From: Felis catus
Taxonomy: Eukaryota
Direction: 5' to 3'
Length of the DNA: 64,000 bases
NCBI RefSeq assembly: GCF_018350175.1
Contig: NC_058383.1
Location: 25,794,001-25,858,000 of the forward strand
Positions 39,977-52,779 of this stretch are shown piece after piece. Below the pieces are notes generated by a model. That model saw only the letters and a program-made list of their open reading frames with translations, was not told the DNA's origin and ran no database searches. A program made the translations under genes and the position numbers. Position 1 is the first letter of the stretch; each line of letters opens with the position of its first letter.

Positions 39977-41085
39977 TACCTAAGCATTTCAAGATATGAA
40001 AAGGCTCTTTAAAATGTGACAAGGGGGCACAGGGCCCAACAACACAGAGAACCTTGTGTGGATGAGTTCCCACTGCTCCTAAAATAAAACCCGCACTTTT
40101 TACTGGCTTATATGATGTGGCCACTGTAGAGCGGCCATCTTACCTCCCACCTCATTAGTTTGCTCTGCTCCCCCCATACTGGCTTCCTTTTTGTCCCTGG
40201 AAGAGGTGACTGAATTTGGCAGTACTGGGTCATTAAGAAAGCTTAAGAAGAGTTGTGCTGGAGGATTTCAGGGTCAAAGCACCACGAGTAAAAGAGAGAA
40301 CAAATAGTGTAAAAAGATGGAGGTGAGGTGTGTCACTGTTACTCAATGTGTCAGTGAAAATGGAAAAGAAAGAAAATCACCTAAATTGGGGGCAAGGGCC
40401 CATTTATTTATAACATTTTTTATAATTACCAAAGTAGTTGACACTTATTTTCAATTTTTCAAATATTATTGAAATACTGAAATATAAGAGAGAAAAGCCC
40501 TCTAAATTTGCATCCCCCCCCCCCAACGGCTTATGTGTGATTTTCACTTATTGGCTGACAGGTTTAGATACTATCATTTACCTTTGGCTTGGTCTATGTA
40601 CTGTGCATGTCAGTATATACACAGCAAATGTCTGTGCAATATCTATTGTCAATTCAGATATAATTCCACCAACTATTTGTACAAAGTAATCATTTCCCAC
40701 TCTTTATCTTTCACAGAGTATGTTTGTTTAACACAATATAAAATATTGCTAGCAGCCAGCTAATTTCACAGCAACACTAAAAGGTCCATAGACTTTCTTA
40801 ATAGATGGTCACTTTAGTGTCCTACAGTTGTCACCTACATCTTCTCTATGACCTTTTTGCATGTAGTTGAAAACAATGATCTGGGAAAAGAATGAATAAA
40901 TTTATTCCACTTGCTAAGAACATCTTAGGACATGCACAGGGTCTTTATCTAATCCTAAGGCTGAGATAATTATTGCAAATCATTCACTTAAGGTTTAGTC
41001 TCCCAGTTGTAATCTCCTCCAAAAAATCAGGACTAGAGAAATAAAGCTGAATTTTATTCTGAGCACTTAAAAGATTAAAATATGA

Positions 41086-41320
41086 GAGCATCTGGGTGGC
41101 TCAGTTGTTTGGGCATCCGACTCTGGATTTAGGCTCAGATCATGATCTCATGGTTCATGGGACTGAGCCCCACGTTGGGCTCTACGCTGACAGTGCAGAG
41201 CCTGCTTTGGATTCTCTTTCTCCGTCTCTCTCTCTCTCTGCCCCTCCCCCACTCCTGTGTGTGTGCGTGCACATGTGCATGCTCTCTCTCTCTCAAAATA
41301 AATATTTAAAAAAACAAAAG
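41086..41320 (+). mobile_element. Can-SINE
   Basis: Diverged consensus match. Confidence 0.88.
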
Positions 41321-41554
41321 ATGATAATATCCAATGATGAACAAACTGTTTGATTAGGATCTTTATGAAAGTCACCAGAGTTCAATTCATAATATTTAAA
41401 ATGACACGTATAAAGGAATTGAATTATGAATTAATCAAAACCAAAATCATCAAACTTACACAGCTTGTATGCGACAGAGTCAGACTGGAAGCAAAGTCTG
41501 CCTGATTCTGGAGGCTGGGTTCTGAAGCACTGGATGAGGTACCATAGACTTCCT

Positions 41555-41558
<4 letters not shown>

Positions 41559-41606
<48 letters not shown>

Positions 41607-41619
41607 CGCGCGCGCGCGC
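41559..41619. repeat. (TG)20(CG)10 microsatellite
   Basis: Counted directly. Confidence 0.95.
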
Positions 41620-42050
41620 TCTATGACAGGTGCTCTATGACATAGTAATTAGGTATCACTGATGCTTGTCTCTTTCTCTCTCTGTCTCTGCTTTATTCCC
41701 TCCAGTTTTTCTTGGAGTGTCACAGTACTCACGGGGCCAATCTAAATAAACGATCCTGCCCCACGATGTCTACATGAGGGCTCTGTGTGACTGACTGCCC
41801 CAGATCTGCCTCATTTCTTACTGCTCTTCTCCACAGCTTCCAGACCCATCTTTCATATCAGAATCTGGCCTGTGCTTTTGGCAAGCCACTGGACTGACAC
41901 CAGTGTGGTCTGGGGGTCAAACTCCTAGTCTCAGGAAGCAGACTGCTTGGCTTGAATCTTGGCTCTACCGCATACTGGTTGTTCCCCTGAGCGTGTTGGT
42001 TAACCTTGGTGCCGCACAGTTCTCATCTATAAGATAGGGGCACATACGTT

Positions 42051-42266
42051 GGGGTGCCTGGGTGGGTCAGTTGGTTGAGCGTCCGACTTCGGTTCAGGTC
42101 ATGATCTCCAGTCTGTGAGTTCAAGCCCTGCGTCGGGCTCTGTACTGACAGCTCAGAGCGTGAAGCCTGCTTTGGATTCTGGGTCTCCCTCTCTCTCTGC
42201 CCCTCCCCTGCTCAAGCTCTGTCTCTCTGTCTCTCAAAAATAAAAAAAACATTAAAAAAAAAAAAA
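42051..42266 (+). mobile_element. Can-SINE inserted in a MIR
   Basis: Consensus match; MIR-like flanks (ttctcatctataagataggg ... aaaatgcttagaacaatgtccggcac). Confidence 0.9.
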
Positions 42267-45200
42267 GAGCACCCACATTGGAGGGCTGCTGGGAAGATGA
42301 AACTTTCTTCAGACAAAATGCTTAGAACAATGTCCGGCACAAAGCAAAGGCCCTAAAGCGCTAGAAACTACTATTCTTCAATTCCAGTTTCTTGCTCATC
42401 CCCCTGGCTCTCCATTGGCTAGGAGGTCCCTTCAATTTTAGAGGAGGGGCTCCTTATTCAGCTCTAGCGCTAGGGGCAGCCTCCCTACAGTCTACCTTCC
42501 TCCAGAGGCAGTAAATCCAGACACTGCAGGTACAGTTAGTAAATTACTTCTGGAATGTAATAGCTAGGGCAAACTGACAAGTGCTCCCATAACTTAACCG
42601 CTATCTTAAAAGTTGGCTCTCACTTTTGAGGAACCGTATTAATTCATTCATCCAACAAATATTTAGTGAGTCCCTACCACGTACCAGGCACTGCTGGAGC
42701 TACATCATAGAACAAAACGGAAAATATTGAAAGCGAGGGAACATAACTATAAGTCAGCATTTTAAGGGCAAAATACAAATCAGCAATTATTTCTTGAGCG
42801 ACCTAATATGAACACTGTTTCAAGATATAATTTGAATGGCTCCAATAAACAATGAATTACGCTGCTGTTTAAGAGTCATTTGGATGCAAGTTCAGTTGTG
42901 GGTGACAGGTAAGAATGCTTCAGTTATGTAATTTTGGCTGGAGGCTGGTTATCATTCAGTTTAGCATCTATTCCCACTGACAGGATGTGAGGAACAGCTG
43001 AATTGAGAAAATGCAAATCTGTTGTGCAGATCTGGATAAGAGGAGCTCCATTTGGGTCTGACAAATGCTGATGTAATTTTCAAGGCTTCAAAAATAACCC
43101 ACAAAAGGCTACATGACCAGGGGGTGAAAAAAGAGGGAATCACATTTAATTAACAAATCCCAAGTCAGGAAATGAAAGAAGTTAATGGTAATTCACCCAT
43201 CTTGCATATTTGTAGCACTCAAGTTACTTGAGCTTCTGGGAAGAGCCTGAGGGCAGGCAGGGCAGGAAGCTAACCTTCCTTGGTGCCAATGAATATCATT
43301 AAATACTTCCCCTCATCCTCCTGGTCATCCTTTTAAGAGGTGAGGAAACTGAGGCTCACAGGTCCCCTAGGTTTCCCACTGCAAGGAAGTGGCTGAGCAG
43401 GATTTTGGACTCCAGTGTGTCTGGCTGCCTTTAAAGTTTATCAATTTTCGCAAGCTAACAGTTTTAAGAACTCACATTTTCTACATTCCCTGATCGTTCA
43501 TTACAACATTTAAACTTTAATGCTCCATTCAAGCACCCTGCAGCATTTGATGTTTAGACTAGTTTCACTTAGTCCCAGTGGCAGCTCATGTGCAGGATGT
43601 CGAAGATGAAATATGAGCTGGCATGAGGATGCCTCATTAATCTCTAATACAAACAGAAATTTTTCTGATTCTTTAAAAGCATTTTATCATTGCTTAGAGG
43701 CTGGAAACTGTTTCTAGCCCCCTCATTACAAAACTATTTATGGACAAACATTAGATATAGAACCCTCAATGTAAAATCTTAATTACTGCCCTTTTAGCTG
43801 ATTTTTGTGTGCTCTAAACGGGTGTAAATTAGAAGGATAACAGCTGAAGAAATTAGAATAAAGTCTGCACGATTCAATAGAGCTGTGCCAAGTCTAGATG
43901 TGCATTCACAGCACCTAGATCCCTTCTTGTTTTTTCTCCACGTCCATTCTTATTTCAGAGGCTCAAATAAGAGCAGAAACAAAGGGTAGGGAAAAAAGAA
44001 ACTCCAGCTACTGAAGGCTTTACTGCTCATTTGTGGTTTTCTTGAGGACAGGGCCATATCTGGTCCTCTCTGTGTCCCTCCCTAGGGTCTGGCCCCATAA
44101 TCAGCGCATAGTAGGGCTAAACAAATATTTGTTGAATAGAACTTAATTTGGGTGACCTAATCTGTCTGCAGATATTCCTTACACATATTCAAACAAAGGT
44201 TATTCCACTGTGCTCATTTCATTGTTTAATCATTGTGATCCACCCTTTGTTCAATCTAATAAAAGGCACAGCACACTTAATACACTTTGGCCAACAGCAA
44301 GATTAAAAAGAAAAATCCCTGAAATGTGACTTGCGAGACTGTGTGGTCTCCCTCATTTAGCAGCAGGACCTGAGGCCAGAGAGACAAAGCCACTTGACAA
44401 TGGCAGGGTCAGGCCAAGGCTCTGCTCTCTGGCCCCTGGCCTCACTACCAATCCACATGGCTGCACCTTGCACCTAACACCACATTGAGGAGGGGAAGGT
44501 CAGTTATGAATAGGGGACAAGAATTAAGTCCTCAGGAGAAGCCAAATGAGCAAATGAACAAATGCAGGAAGTGGAAGCAGTTCAGATTTTATAACCTGTG
44601 GCAAGTAACAATTTGTTCTTCACACAACAGATATGGATTTAAAAATCAGTGTTTCCTAGAGCTATTTAGAGGACAGTCTCCAACTCTCATTGTTTGGGAG
44701 GGATGAAATTAGGACTATCTGGGGTATGGGTGTCTCCTCAGTATATAAAAGCACTATCCAGGCAGTATCCACTTCTCAGAGAGAGGCTCTGTGCTGAAGG
44801 GCAACCAAACAGTTCAAACCATTAACTGCGAATGCTCTCAAGATCCTGGGATGTGTCAAACTGATTGGGGTTTGCACTGTAGTTACTGCCAATCTCTTAA
44901 GTATCATCTTGAATCATTTAGCCTGGATTTGAATCCCAAGTCTGCCATTCATCCTTGATCATTCTAAATGTCCTTGTTCTCCTGTTGCCTCATCTACAAA
45001 ATGCAGACGGCACTAATAGGAATCTCACAAAGCTGTTGCTAGGGATGCATGAAATCATGGATGGTAAAGCACTAAGAAAGTACTTGGTCAATATTAAATA
45101 TTGTGGCTATTTTATATTCTTCATGTGGGCCATGCCCAATTCTAGGATTCAAAACTGTGCAGGGAACACACACGTCCAAAGTATCCTGTCAGCTGTAGAA

Positions 45201-45740
45201 AAGAGGGAGCCTCCATAAGGGTGTTTACAGGAAGGTGTGCAGGACTGGGACTCCATTCACACACATAACTGGCTGCAGCGTGACAGTGACTACTGCTCAC
45301 GGAGCACTCACTATGTGCCAAGCCTCTCCTGAAGCAAGCTACACGCACGGTGCTGGACACGAAGTGGAGTAGCGAGAGGCCAGAGGTGGGAAGGCCAATC
45401 CAGAGTCAGATAAAATTTAAGGAGAGCTTTAATCTGCACACAAACACAGTCAAAGGGAGTGAAAGATCCGACAGACCTGAAAGATGCCAATTACCCAGGA
45501 GAAAGGCAGGCAGGGAGGCCAAGAAGGTGGAAAAGCTCTCCGGAGCAGATGGCAGTGCGTGTGTGTGTGCACAACTAGATGTCATGGCTGGAGTGGAGTG
45601 AGTGACCAAAACACAGCCTTCCCTCCCAAAGGGATTGTTTTGAGAACAACCACTTGATGGTACTGAGATAATGAAGTACCATCTGATAAAAAGAAATTAC
45701 TGAGCATTCAGAAATAAAGAAACCCCACAAAGCAACTAAC

Positions 45741-45838
45741 CTCAAAACATTTTTCTTTCTTTGCTTGGTGAAGCAGGCTAGCCATTCCAGGAAGCAGAAC
45801 TGGAAAGATGAATGTTTCCAAATATTCCTTGGGGGAAC
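45741..45838 (-). CDS. IQCK: IQCK exon 4 (98 nt; (C)SPKEYLETFIFPVLLPGMASLLHQAKKEKCFE)
   Basis: Acceptor tttgtttggtttag|GT, donor GAG|gttagt, phase 1 to 0. Peptide matches the recalled IQCK core. Confidence 0.95.
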
Positions 45839-46503
45839 CTAAACCAAACAAAAAAAAAAACCCCACTGAAAATCCCAAATGGCCCAAATGAATCTGGGAG
45901 AAACGTTTGCTTCTGAACCAAAAAAAAAAGATACCATCCATGAAATAACATGACCTTAATGTTACATTTTACTACAGACTGCTGAGTTGGGCTGTATTCT
46001 TGAAGAAACTTAAAATATCTTTGAGCCTCTGCAGGCTGGCAAGGATGGAGATGGGGTCTTGCACAGGGCCAGGGCCACAGGCACAGACAGTAAGGAGGCC
46101 AGTGCGGCTGGAGGGAAAGCAAGGCAAGTGTGGTGGCAATGAGGCCAGAGAGGAACAGGGTGGGGGTATGACGTCTAGGGCCTTATGGCCATAGTAATGG
46201 TGGTGGTCGTTGTCAAGGCCCGAAGCACACCAGCAGAGACAACAGAACAGAGCGATAGGAGAGTTCTGGCACCAGGGAGGGCCAGAGGAACCGGGCCCAG
46301 GGAGATGGAGAAAGTTTAGATCTCTGGCTCCAGGCCACAATGCAGGGCAGTATGATACTTTCTTCCACTTCTTACATTTCCCTCTCTTTGATTTTAATGT
46401 AAAATCAAAGTATGCTTGGCTGTTAGTTATCACCTTTATTATACTTTAACATTGAAGATAAATCAGTGGGATAAAAGATATTTGTCTTAAAAATAAAAAT
46501 TAG

Positions 46504-47177
46504 CGGTGCCTGCATGGCTCATTCAGTTAAGTGTCTGACTTCAGCTGAGATCATGATCTTACGGTTTGTGAGCTCGAGCCCTGCGTTGGGCTCTCTGCTG
46601 TCAGCAGAGCCTGCTTCAGATCTTCTGTCCTCTCTCTCTGCCCCTCCCCTACTCACTTACTTTCTCTCTCTCTCAAAGATAAAAAAATATTTAAAAAAAA
46701 ATAGGGGCGCCTGGGTGGCTCAGTCAGTTGAACGTCAGACTTCAGCTCAGGTCATGATCTCACAGTTTGTAGGTTCGAGCCCCACGTTGGGCTCTGTGCT
46801 GACAGTTCAGAGAAGCCTGCTTCATATTCTGTGTCTCATCCTCTCTCTGCCCCTCCCCAACTCATGCTCTGCCTCTCTCTCTCTCTCTCTTAAAAATAAA
46901 TAAACATTGAAAAAAATTAAAAAATAAAATTAAGGGGCGCCTGGGTGGCTCAGTCGGTTAAGAGTCCGACTTCGGCTCAGGTCATGATCTCACGGTCCGT
47001 GAGTTCGAGCCCCGCGTTGGGCTCTGTGCTGAAAGTTCAGAGCCTGGAGCCCGTTTCAGATTGTGTCTCCCTCTCTCTCTGCCCCTCCCCTGTTCATGCT
47101 CTGTCTCTCTCTGTCTCAAAAATAAAAAAAAAAAAACATTAAAAAAATTAAAATTAAAATTGAAATTAAAATTAAAA
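46504..47177 (+). mobile_element. Three tandem Can-SINEs in IQCK intron 3 (starts about 46504, 46704, 46934)
   Basis: Three heads, each directly after the previous A-rich tail. Confidence 0.93.
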
Positions 47178-47301
47178 CAAGAGCATATTCTTTCATACTT
47201 ATGTGGTCACCTTGAGGTCTGTCCACCCCATCCCCATCCTGTGGTTTTGCAATGTTACAAGCCCCAAATTACAAAAGACAAAATTTCACTTCCTTACTTA
47301 C

Positions 47302-47431
47302 ATGTTTTTGGATGGATTTTTTCCAACTTAACTTGAGGACAGGGTACATGTGAGTCCGTGGTCAAATGAGGAGTTGAATAAAGGTGCTCTGTATTGAAGC
47401 CATGGAAAATCGTTTCCTCCAATGGTGAAAC
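47302..47431 (-). CDS. IQCK: IQCK exon 3 (130 nt; VSPLEETIFHGFNTEHLYSTPHLTTDSHVPCPQVKLEKIHPKT + 1 nt)
   Basis: Read manually (absent from the ORF track). Acceptor ccccccatcag|GTT, donor ACA T|gtaagt, open frame, phase 0 to 1. Confidence 0.9.
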
Positions 47432-48789
47432 CTGATGGGGGGTGGTATTGGGGAGGGAATCAATTCATAAAATTGTTTAAATAACTGTATTTTCTTTATA
47501 ACCTAACAAAGGATAAAACTCTGTATTAACTTCAGGTTCAAGGGGCATAATGAGCACAAATCTCTGTTCCTCCTCCCTTCTGAGACACCTAAAATGACAA
47601 TCAAGGAATAAAGCCTTCATAGAGAAAAGAGGACAACCAGAGGATGAAAGATTTGCAAGCATTTCTAAAACAAACGGATGAAGCCTGTCATCAAATTAAG
47701 AAAGAGAAGGAATGGCAGCCCAGGATCCATAAGAGGAAATTGCCCCGGAGGATGGGGGTCCCTCGTCCTATCAGAACTCCAAAAGGCTTCAATGATGTGG
47801 AGACTCCCTGCCTGCTAACCCCGAAGAAAAGTCTTCCAGTAGACAATCACTCCTCAAGGGCTCGCAGTCAGTTTTTCCACTGGTAGAAGAGACTCATCCA
47901 GAAGACAAACCCACATGCACAATAGCAGAAGAAAATCATACCAAAGAAAAATCCACTCAGACCCCCATTTTAAATTTTGAATAAATAATCCAAGTTCTCC
48001 CACACAGATAAAACACATCAATAGCATAAGAGACAAAGATCAAGACCTACAAAGAACTGACTCTGGAAGAAGCACATACAATTTAGGGAAGGGAACTGTA
48101 GTTGGTATCTGCAGAGCAATTTGAGAAAGCATTGCATCCCTAAAGCGAGAAGAGGATGCTATGAACAAGGAACAATCACAGACCAGGAAATTTCTTAGAC
48201 ACAACAATCTCTAATAGTGGCAGCTGCGATAATGTACTAGAAGTGTAGAGACTTAGGTTTGGTCCCATCTCTGTGACCCTGCTCAAGTCGCTGAATGTCT
48301 CAGAACCTTGCTCTTTTATTCTAAACTCCATTAAGTCCTGTTTTACTCCAAGTATACTGCCTGAGGGCCCCCCTTCCTAGCTGCCTTGTCCTTGGCCCTC
48401 TTAGTACAGTCGTTATTTTGCTCATGCTGGCATGCTTAGGAAACGTGTTCTATCACCTGCTGTCCCCAACATGGACATGTGTTGACTCCTTTGTGAAGAC
48501 CTTTCTCATCCAGGATCTCATTTGAACCCCACAGAGGTCCTATGAATTAGTCGAGGATCATCTGTTCCATTTAAAAGATATGAAAACTGAGGCTCAGAGA
48601 GATTATATGAATGATGCCCTTTAAGTCACACCATTAGGAGTAGAGTTAGTATTGGCCATCATTTCTGGTTTTAACTCCAGTGCCTTCCCTCTCCCACTTC
48701 CCTAGCTCATGACACTGACATTCACCAGCCATTGGCACTGTTCTCACGTAAGAACCTTTTATTTGGGTTGGGGCCTGTGTGATACTCAC

Positions 48790-48854
48790 AGTAATCATAC
48801 CTTCTGGTTTGACTTTACATCCCTCTGGAAAGGGAGGCAGCTCAGCTTCATACT
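48790..48854 (-). CDS. IQCK: IQCK exon 2 (65 nt; (E)YEAELPPFPEGCKVKPEGMIT)
   Basis: Acceptor ttttcccactctttag|AG, donor ACT|gtgagt. Phase 1 to 0 fits exons 1 and 3. Peptide resembles recalled human EYEAEQPPFPEGYKVKQEPVIT. Confidence 0.92.
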
Positions 48855-49317
48855 CTAAAGAGTGGGAAAAAAAAATCCTCAATTCCACACTTCATTGCAG
48901 TTTGCGATGCAATTTCCCTTCCTCTGAATAAAACATTCTTAAATTTTATTTTCCTTGATGATGTATAGAAATGAAAACAACTGGCTATTACAGGTTAGTA
49001 ATTATCGTGAGCCACCTTATTTAAAATGGGTAAAAGAGGACTGTTCTCTTGCATGACAGACTCAGGCTTTATGGAAGAGGTTGAGGTTCTTTTGCTGAGA
49101 GGGTACAACTTTAGATTTTGCCCCCAAGTTATGGTAACTACCAGGAATGAAAGAAGGAAGAGAATGGAGGGAAGCTAAGGGAAGACACGGATAGCTACAG
49201 AGGGGAGGGGAGGGCAGAATAGAAGTGACAGAGAGATGGGCTGTCCTTTGCAGTCATGAGGATGAACATGAAGATGGCCCGGTTGGGGTATGCATTTGGA
49301 AAAGCAATCCCATAAAG

Positions 49318-49590
49318 ACCTTGCTCCTCAAAGTACACTCAAGGAGCAGCACTGGGCATTCCTGGGAAGTTAGAATTACAACACCTCAAGCCCACCCCAG
49401 ACCTGCTGAATTTGAACCTGCATTTTAACAAGATACCAGCTGACTTGTGCACACAGTGGTAGCTCTGCTGTAAACTCCAGTAGTTTCCTATCCTGGCTGC
49501 ACACTAGCATCACTGGGAGGGGGAGTTTTCTGAAAATACTAAAGTCTGGGCCTAACTCCAGAAATTCTGATTCAATGGGTCTAGGGCAGA
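49318..49590. mobile_element. Two adjacent MER5-like elements
   Basis: ccccagacctgctgaatttgaacctgcattttaacaagat; cctggctgcacactagcatcac...ttctgattcaatgggtct. Confidence 0.65.
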
Positions 49591-49881
49591 AATGCTCATG
49601 GGCTACATTAGTTACATGCCTAAAAGAAAGAGTGGTAAAAATATTTCTGGAAAAGTCAATGTTTTAAAGGCAAATGCATAATCACTTTGTAGCAAGGAGG
49701 AAAAAACAGTTTCTGGGCAAGATGGTATTGATGGAATATAACTGAATTGGACACATGCTTTCTTCTACCACCTGGTTCCTTGTCAGTAAAACAACTCTTG
49801 AATTTTTTTGTAAAACTCCTAGGTATCAGGCTGTGATGAGTATGTTACGCTGCAGGAGCAATTTTGATTTCCAATACTAGC

Positions 49882-50443
49882 TATATTAGTTTTCTACTGC
49901 TGTGTAACAAACCACCACAAACTTAGCAACTTAAAACAACACAAATTTATTATTTCACAGTTCCTGTGGGTCAGCAGTCCTGGTATGGGTTAGTCTCATC
50001 AGGGTGAAATCAAGGTGTTGGCCACGGCTGTGATGTCATCTGAGGGTTGGGTCTTCTTCTAAGATCATTGGTTGTTGGCAGTTCTCAGTTTCTTGTGGTT
50101 GTAGGTCTAACGTCCCCATTTTCTTTTTGTTGGTGGGACTCCCGGCTCCTAGAGACCACCCTCGAGTTCTCGCCATGGACAGTTCACACATGGTTAGTTG
50201 TTACTTCAAGATGAGCAGGAGTCTCTTCTGCTTTAATGTCTTTGACTTGTTTTAAGGGCTCATCTGATTAGGTCCAGCCCACCTACCATGATCTTCCTAA
50301 TTTAAAGTCAACTGATGATGAACTTTAATTACATCTGGAAAATCCCTTGACAGCAATGCCTAGATTTGTGTTGGATTGAATAACTGGGAGGTGTGTGCAA
50401 CTGGGGAGTGGGAATCCTTGGATCTTAGAATTCCGCCTACCGT
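49882..50443 (-). mobile_element. MLT1-family solo LTR
   Basis: tatattagttttctactgctgtgtaacaaaccaccacaaacttagcaacttaaaacaacac ... atcttagaattccgcctacc. Confidence 0.75.
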
Positions 50444-51799
50444 AACAGCTCGGGCTCTACCACTTTGTTTTTCCTCTCAAGCAAGTAAATTCACTCTTCT
50501 TCCCCAAACAGTTTGAGAAACACGAACATGGTATGAAAACTATTTATTTAGATTTAAGATATATACATTTAGAGCTCTGATTACAAAGGCAATACATGCT
50601 ATTGTGAGAAAATTCCAAAGAATACAGACCTGTCTTATGTAGGGAGTGTAAGTCACATCTGATCCCATCACAACCATAATAACCACTGTATTTACTAACT
50701 TATGTATATAATATGCAAATACATTTATTTACATTAGATCTCCTACACCAGGTCAGACCATCCAAGTATAGAACCTCATAGCACAGTCCTTTTTCTTCTT
50801 CATTTATATCAGCTTTATCCTTATTTGCAGTTTGTAAAAATTAATGACTATCTCTTCTAATAGACTGTGTATTTTGTGAGGGAAATTGTCTGGGTCTGCT
50901 TATGCTCAGTATCATATTCCCAAAGAATACTTGCTGAATGAATGAATGAACAAAATAAAGAGTATAGCCAGTTACTTTTGACCCTTTATCTATTAATTTG
51001 TTCATATTTATTGACGGCCCGCTATGTGCCAGGAACCATTCTAGATGTTCAATGTGTGACACCCTTCAACGTTGTTATATACAGGATATGCCACAATTAT
51101 TTAACCAGTGTACTCTTAGTGGGTGTTCAGGTTTTTTACAACGCTTCATTATTACAAACAATGCTGCCATGAGCATCATTATATATACATCATAAATTGG
51201 AAGGGAGATATTTTTGTAGGATTAATTCTTAGAAGTGGAATTGTTCTGTTAAAGAAAAAAAATAATTTAAAATTTGGGCCCAAATGCCAAATGTTTCTAC
51301 AAAAAGTTTACAACAATTTATACTCCTAATAGTAAGACTCTCTGTTTCTCTGGGTTATTACCAATCCTATATTTAAAATGATATTTTGCTTTTATCTGCA
51401 TTTCATTGTCATTTATTTTTATTTTTTCTATTTAGATTTTTTCTAAGAAGGCTTCTTAGGAGTTCACTTAAAGTTGATGGAAAAAATGCAAATTTTTTCA
51501 TCATACAACCACAAAAGATAAACAGTTGAAATGATTATGTAGAAGCATGGGAAAATACATTATCTTCAGGACAATCTGATGTGTTTGTGATTTCAAGTCT
51601 GTAATATTTAAGAGAATCTGGCATATTTGAGAACTTGTCACTTTTGCCCTGTGATTTCAATTTAAAATATATAAGTGATTACAGACTGATGCTTTTTTCC
51701 ACTGAAAGCCACATGAGTTTGTATAAATTTGATTAAGTTTGTAAAGAGTATTGAACTCATTAAAACAACTTGATTCACCATGGTTTGACTCATTCAATT

Positions 51800-51849
51800 T
51801 ATTTTTTGAAATAATTTTTAATTAAAAAAATTTTTTTGTGTTTATTTAC

Positions 51850-51917
<68 letters not shown>

Positions 51918-52285
51918 CAAGCAGGGGAGGGGCATAGAGACAGGGAGAGAGAATCCCAAGCAGGCTCTGAGCTATCAGCATGAAGCCTGATATGGGGATC
52001 GAGCTCACAAACCATGCTCAACCGACTAGTCACCCAGATGCCCCCAAAACATTTTTAATGTTTATTTTTGAGAGAGAGAGAAAAAGAACATGCACATACA
52101 CATGAGAGAGCATGAGCAGGGGAGGGGCAGAGAGAGACAAAGACACAGAATCTGAAGCAGGCTCCAGGCCCTGAGGTGTTAGCACAGAGACAGATGAGGG
52201 GCTTGAACTCACAAAACTGTGAGATCATGACCTGAGCAGAAACCAAGAGTTGGATGCTTAACTGACTGAGCCACGGAGGTGCCCA
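51800..52285 (-). mobile_element. Two tandem Can-SINEs (about 51800-52044 with long (GA)n, and 52050-52285)
   Basis: Consensus matches. Confidence 0.9.
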
Positions 52286-52779
52286 GGAATAATTTCTTGT
52301 GGCTAAAAATACACAAGACAGGACAGTACTGTGCTTTGTACCTCACTTGGAGAGCTTATTTAAAATGGAGAGCTTGGGGACTCACCCCCATGAAGTCCCA
52401 CCTCATTAGGTCCAGTACAGAGCACAGGAATCTGCATTTTAATAAGTAATCTAGATTTGATGCAGGTGCTCCCAGTCTACACTTTGAAGCATGCTGTATG
52501 TTGCCTAAGGGTTTGGACTTGAGTGACACACACATCGGAGTTCAAGCCTGGTTCTGCCACTTGCTTCAGGCAAGTTTCCTAAACTCTATCTGCTTCAGTT
52601 TCCTCATATGTACAACAGGCAAAACCCTGAGTTCTTGTGAGGTTTAAATGAGAGGAAAAGCATCTAGCACAGTGCCTGGCACATAAAAAGCAACTCAATA
52701 AATGTTGCCATTAGGATGACTTGAACAAATGGTAGGTGATGAAACAAACAAACAAACAAACAAACAAAAGATCATTAAA

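Noticed and set aside
45930..45960. VMLFHG peptide resembling IQCK exon 3 (EMLFHG)
   Set aside because: Chance match with unrelated flanks; the true exon 3 at 47431-47302 has correct splice sites and phase.
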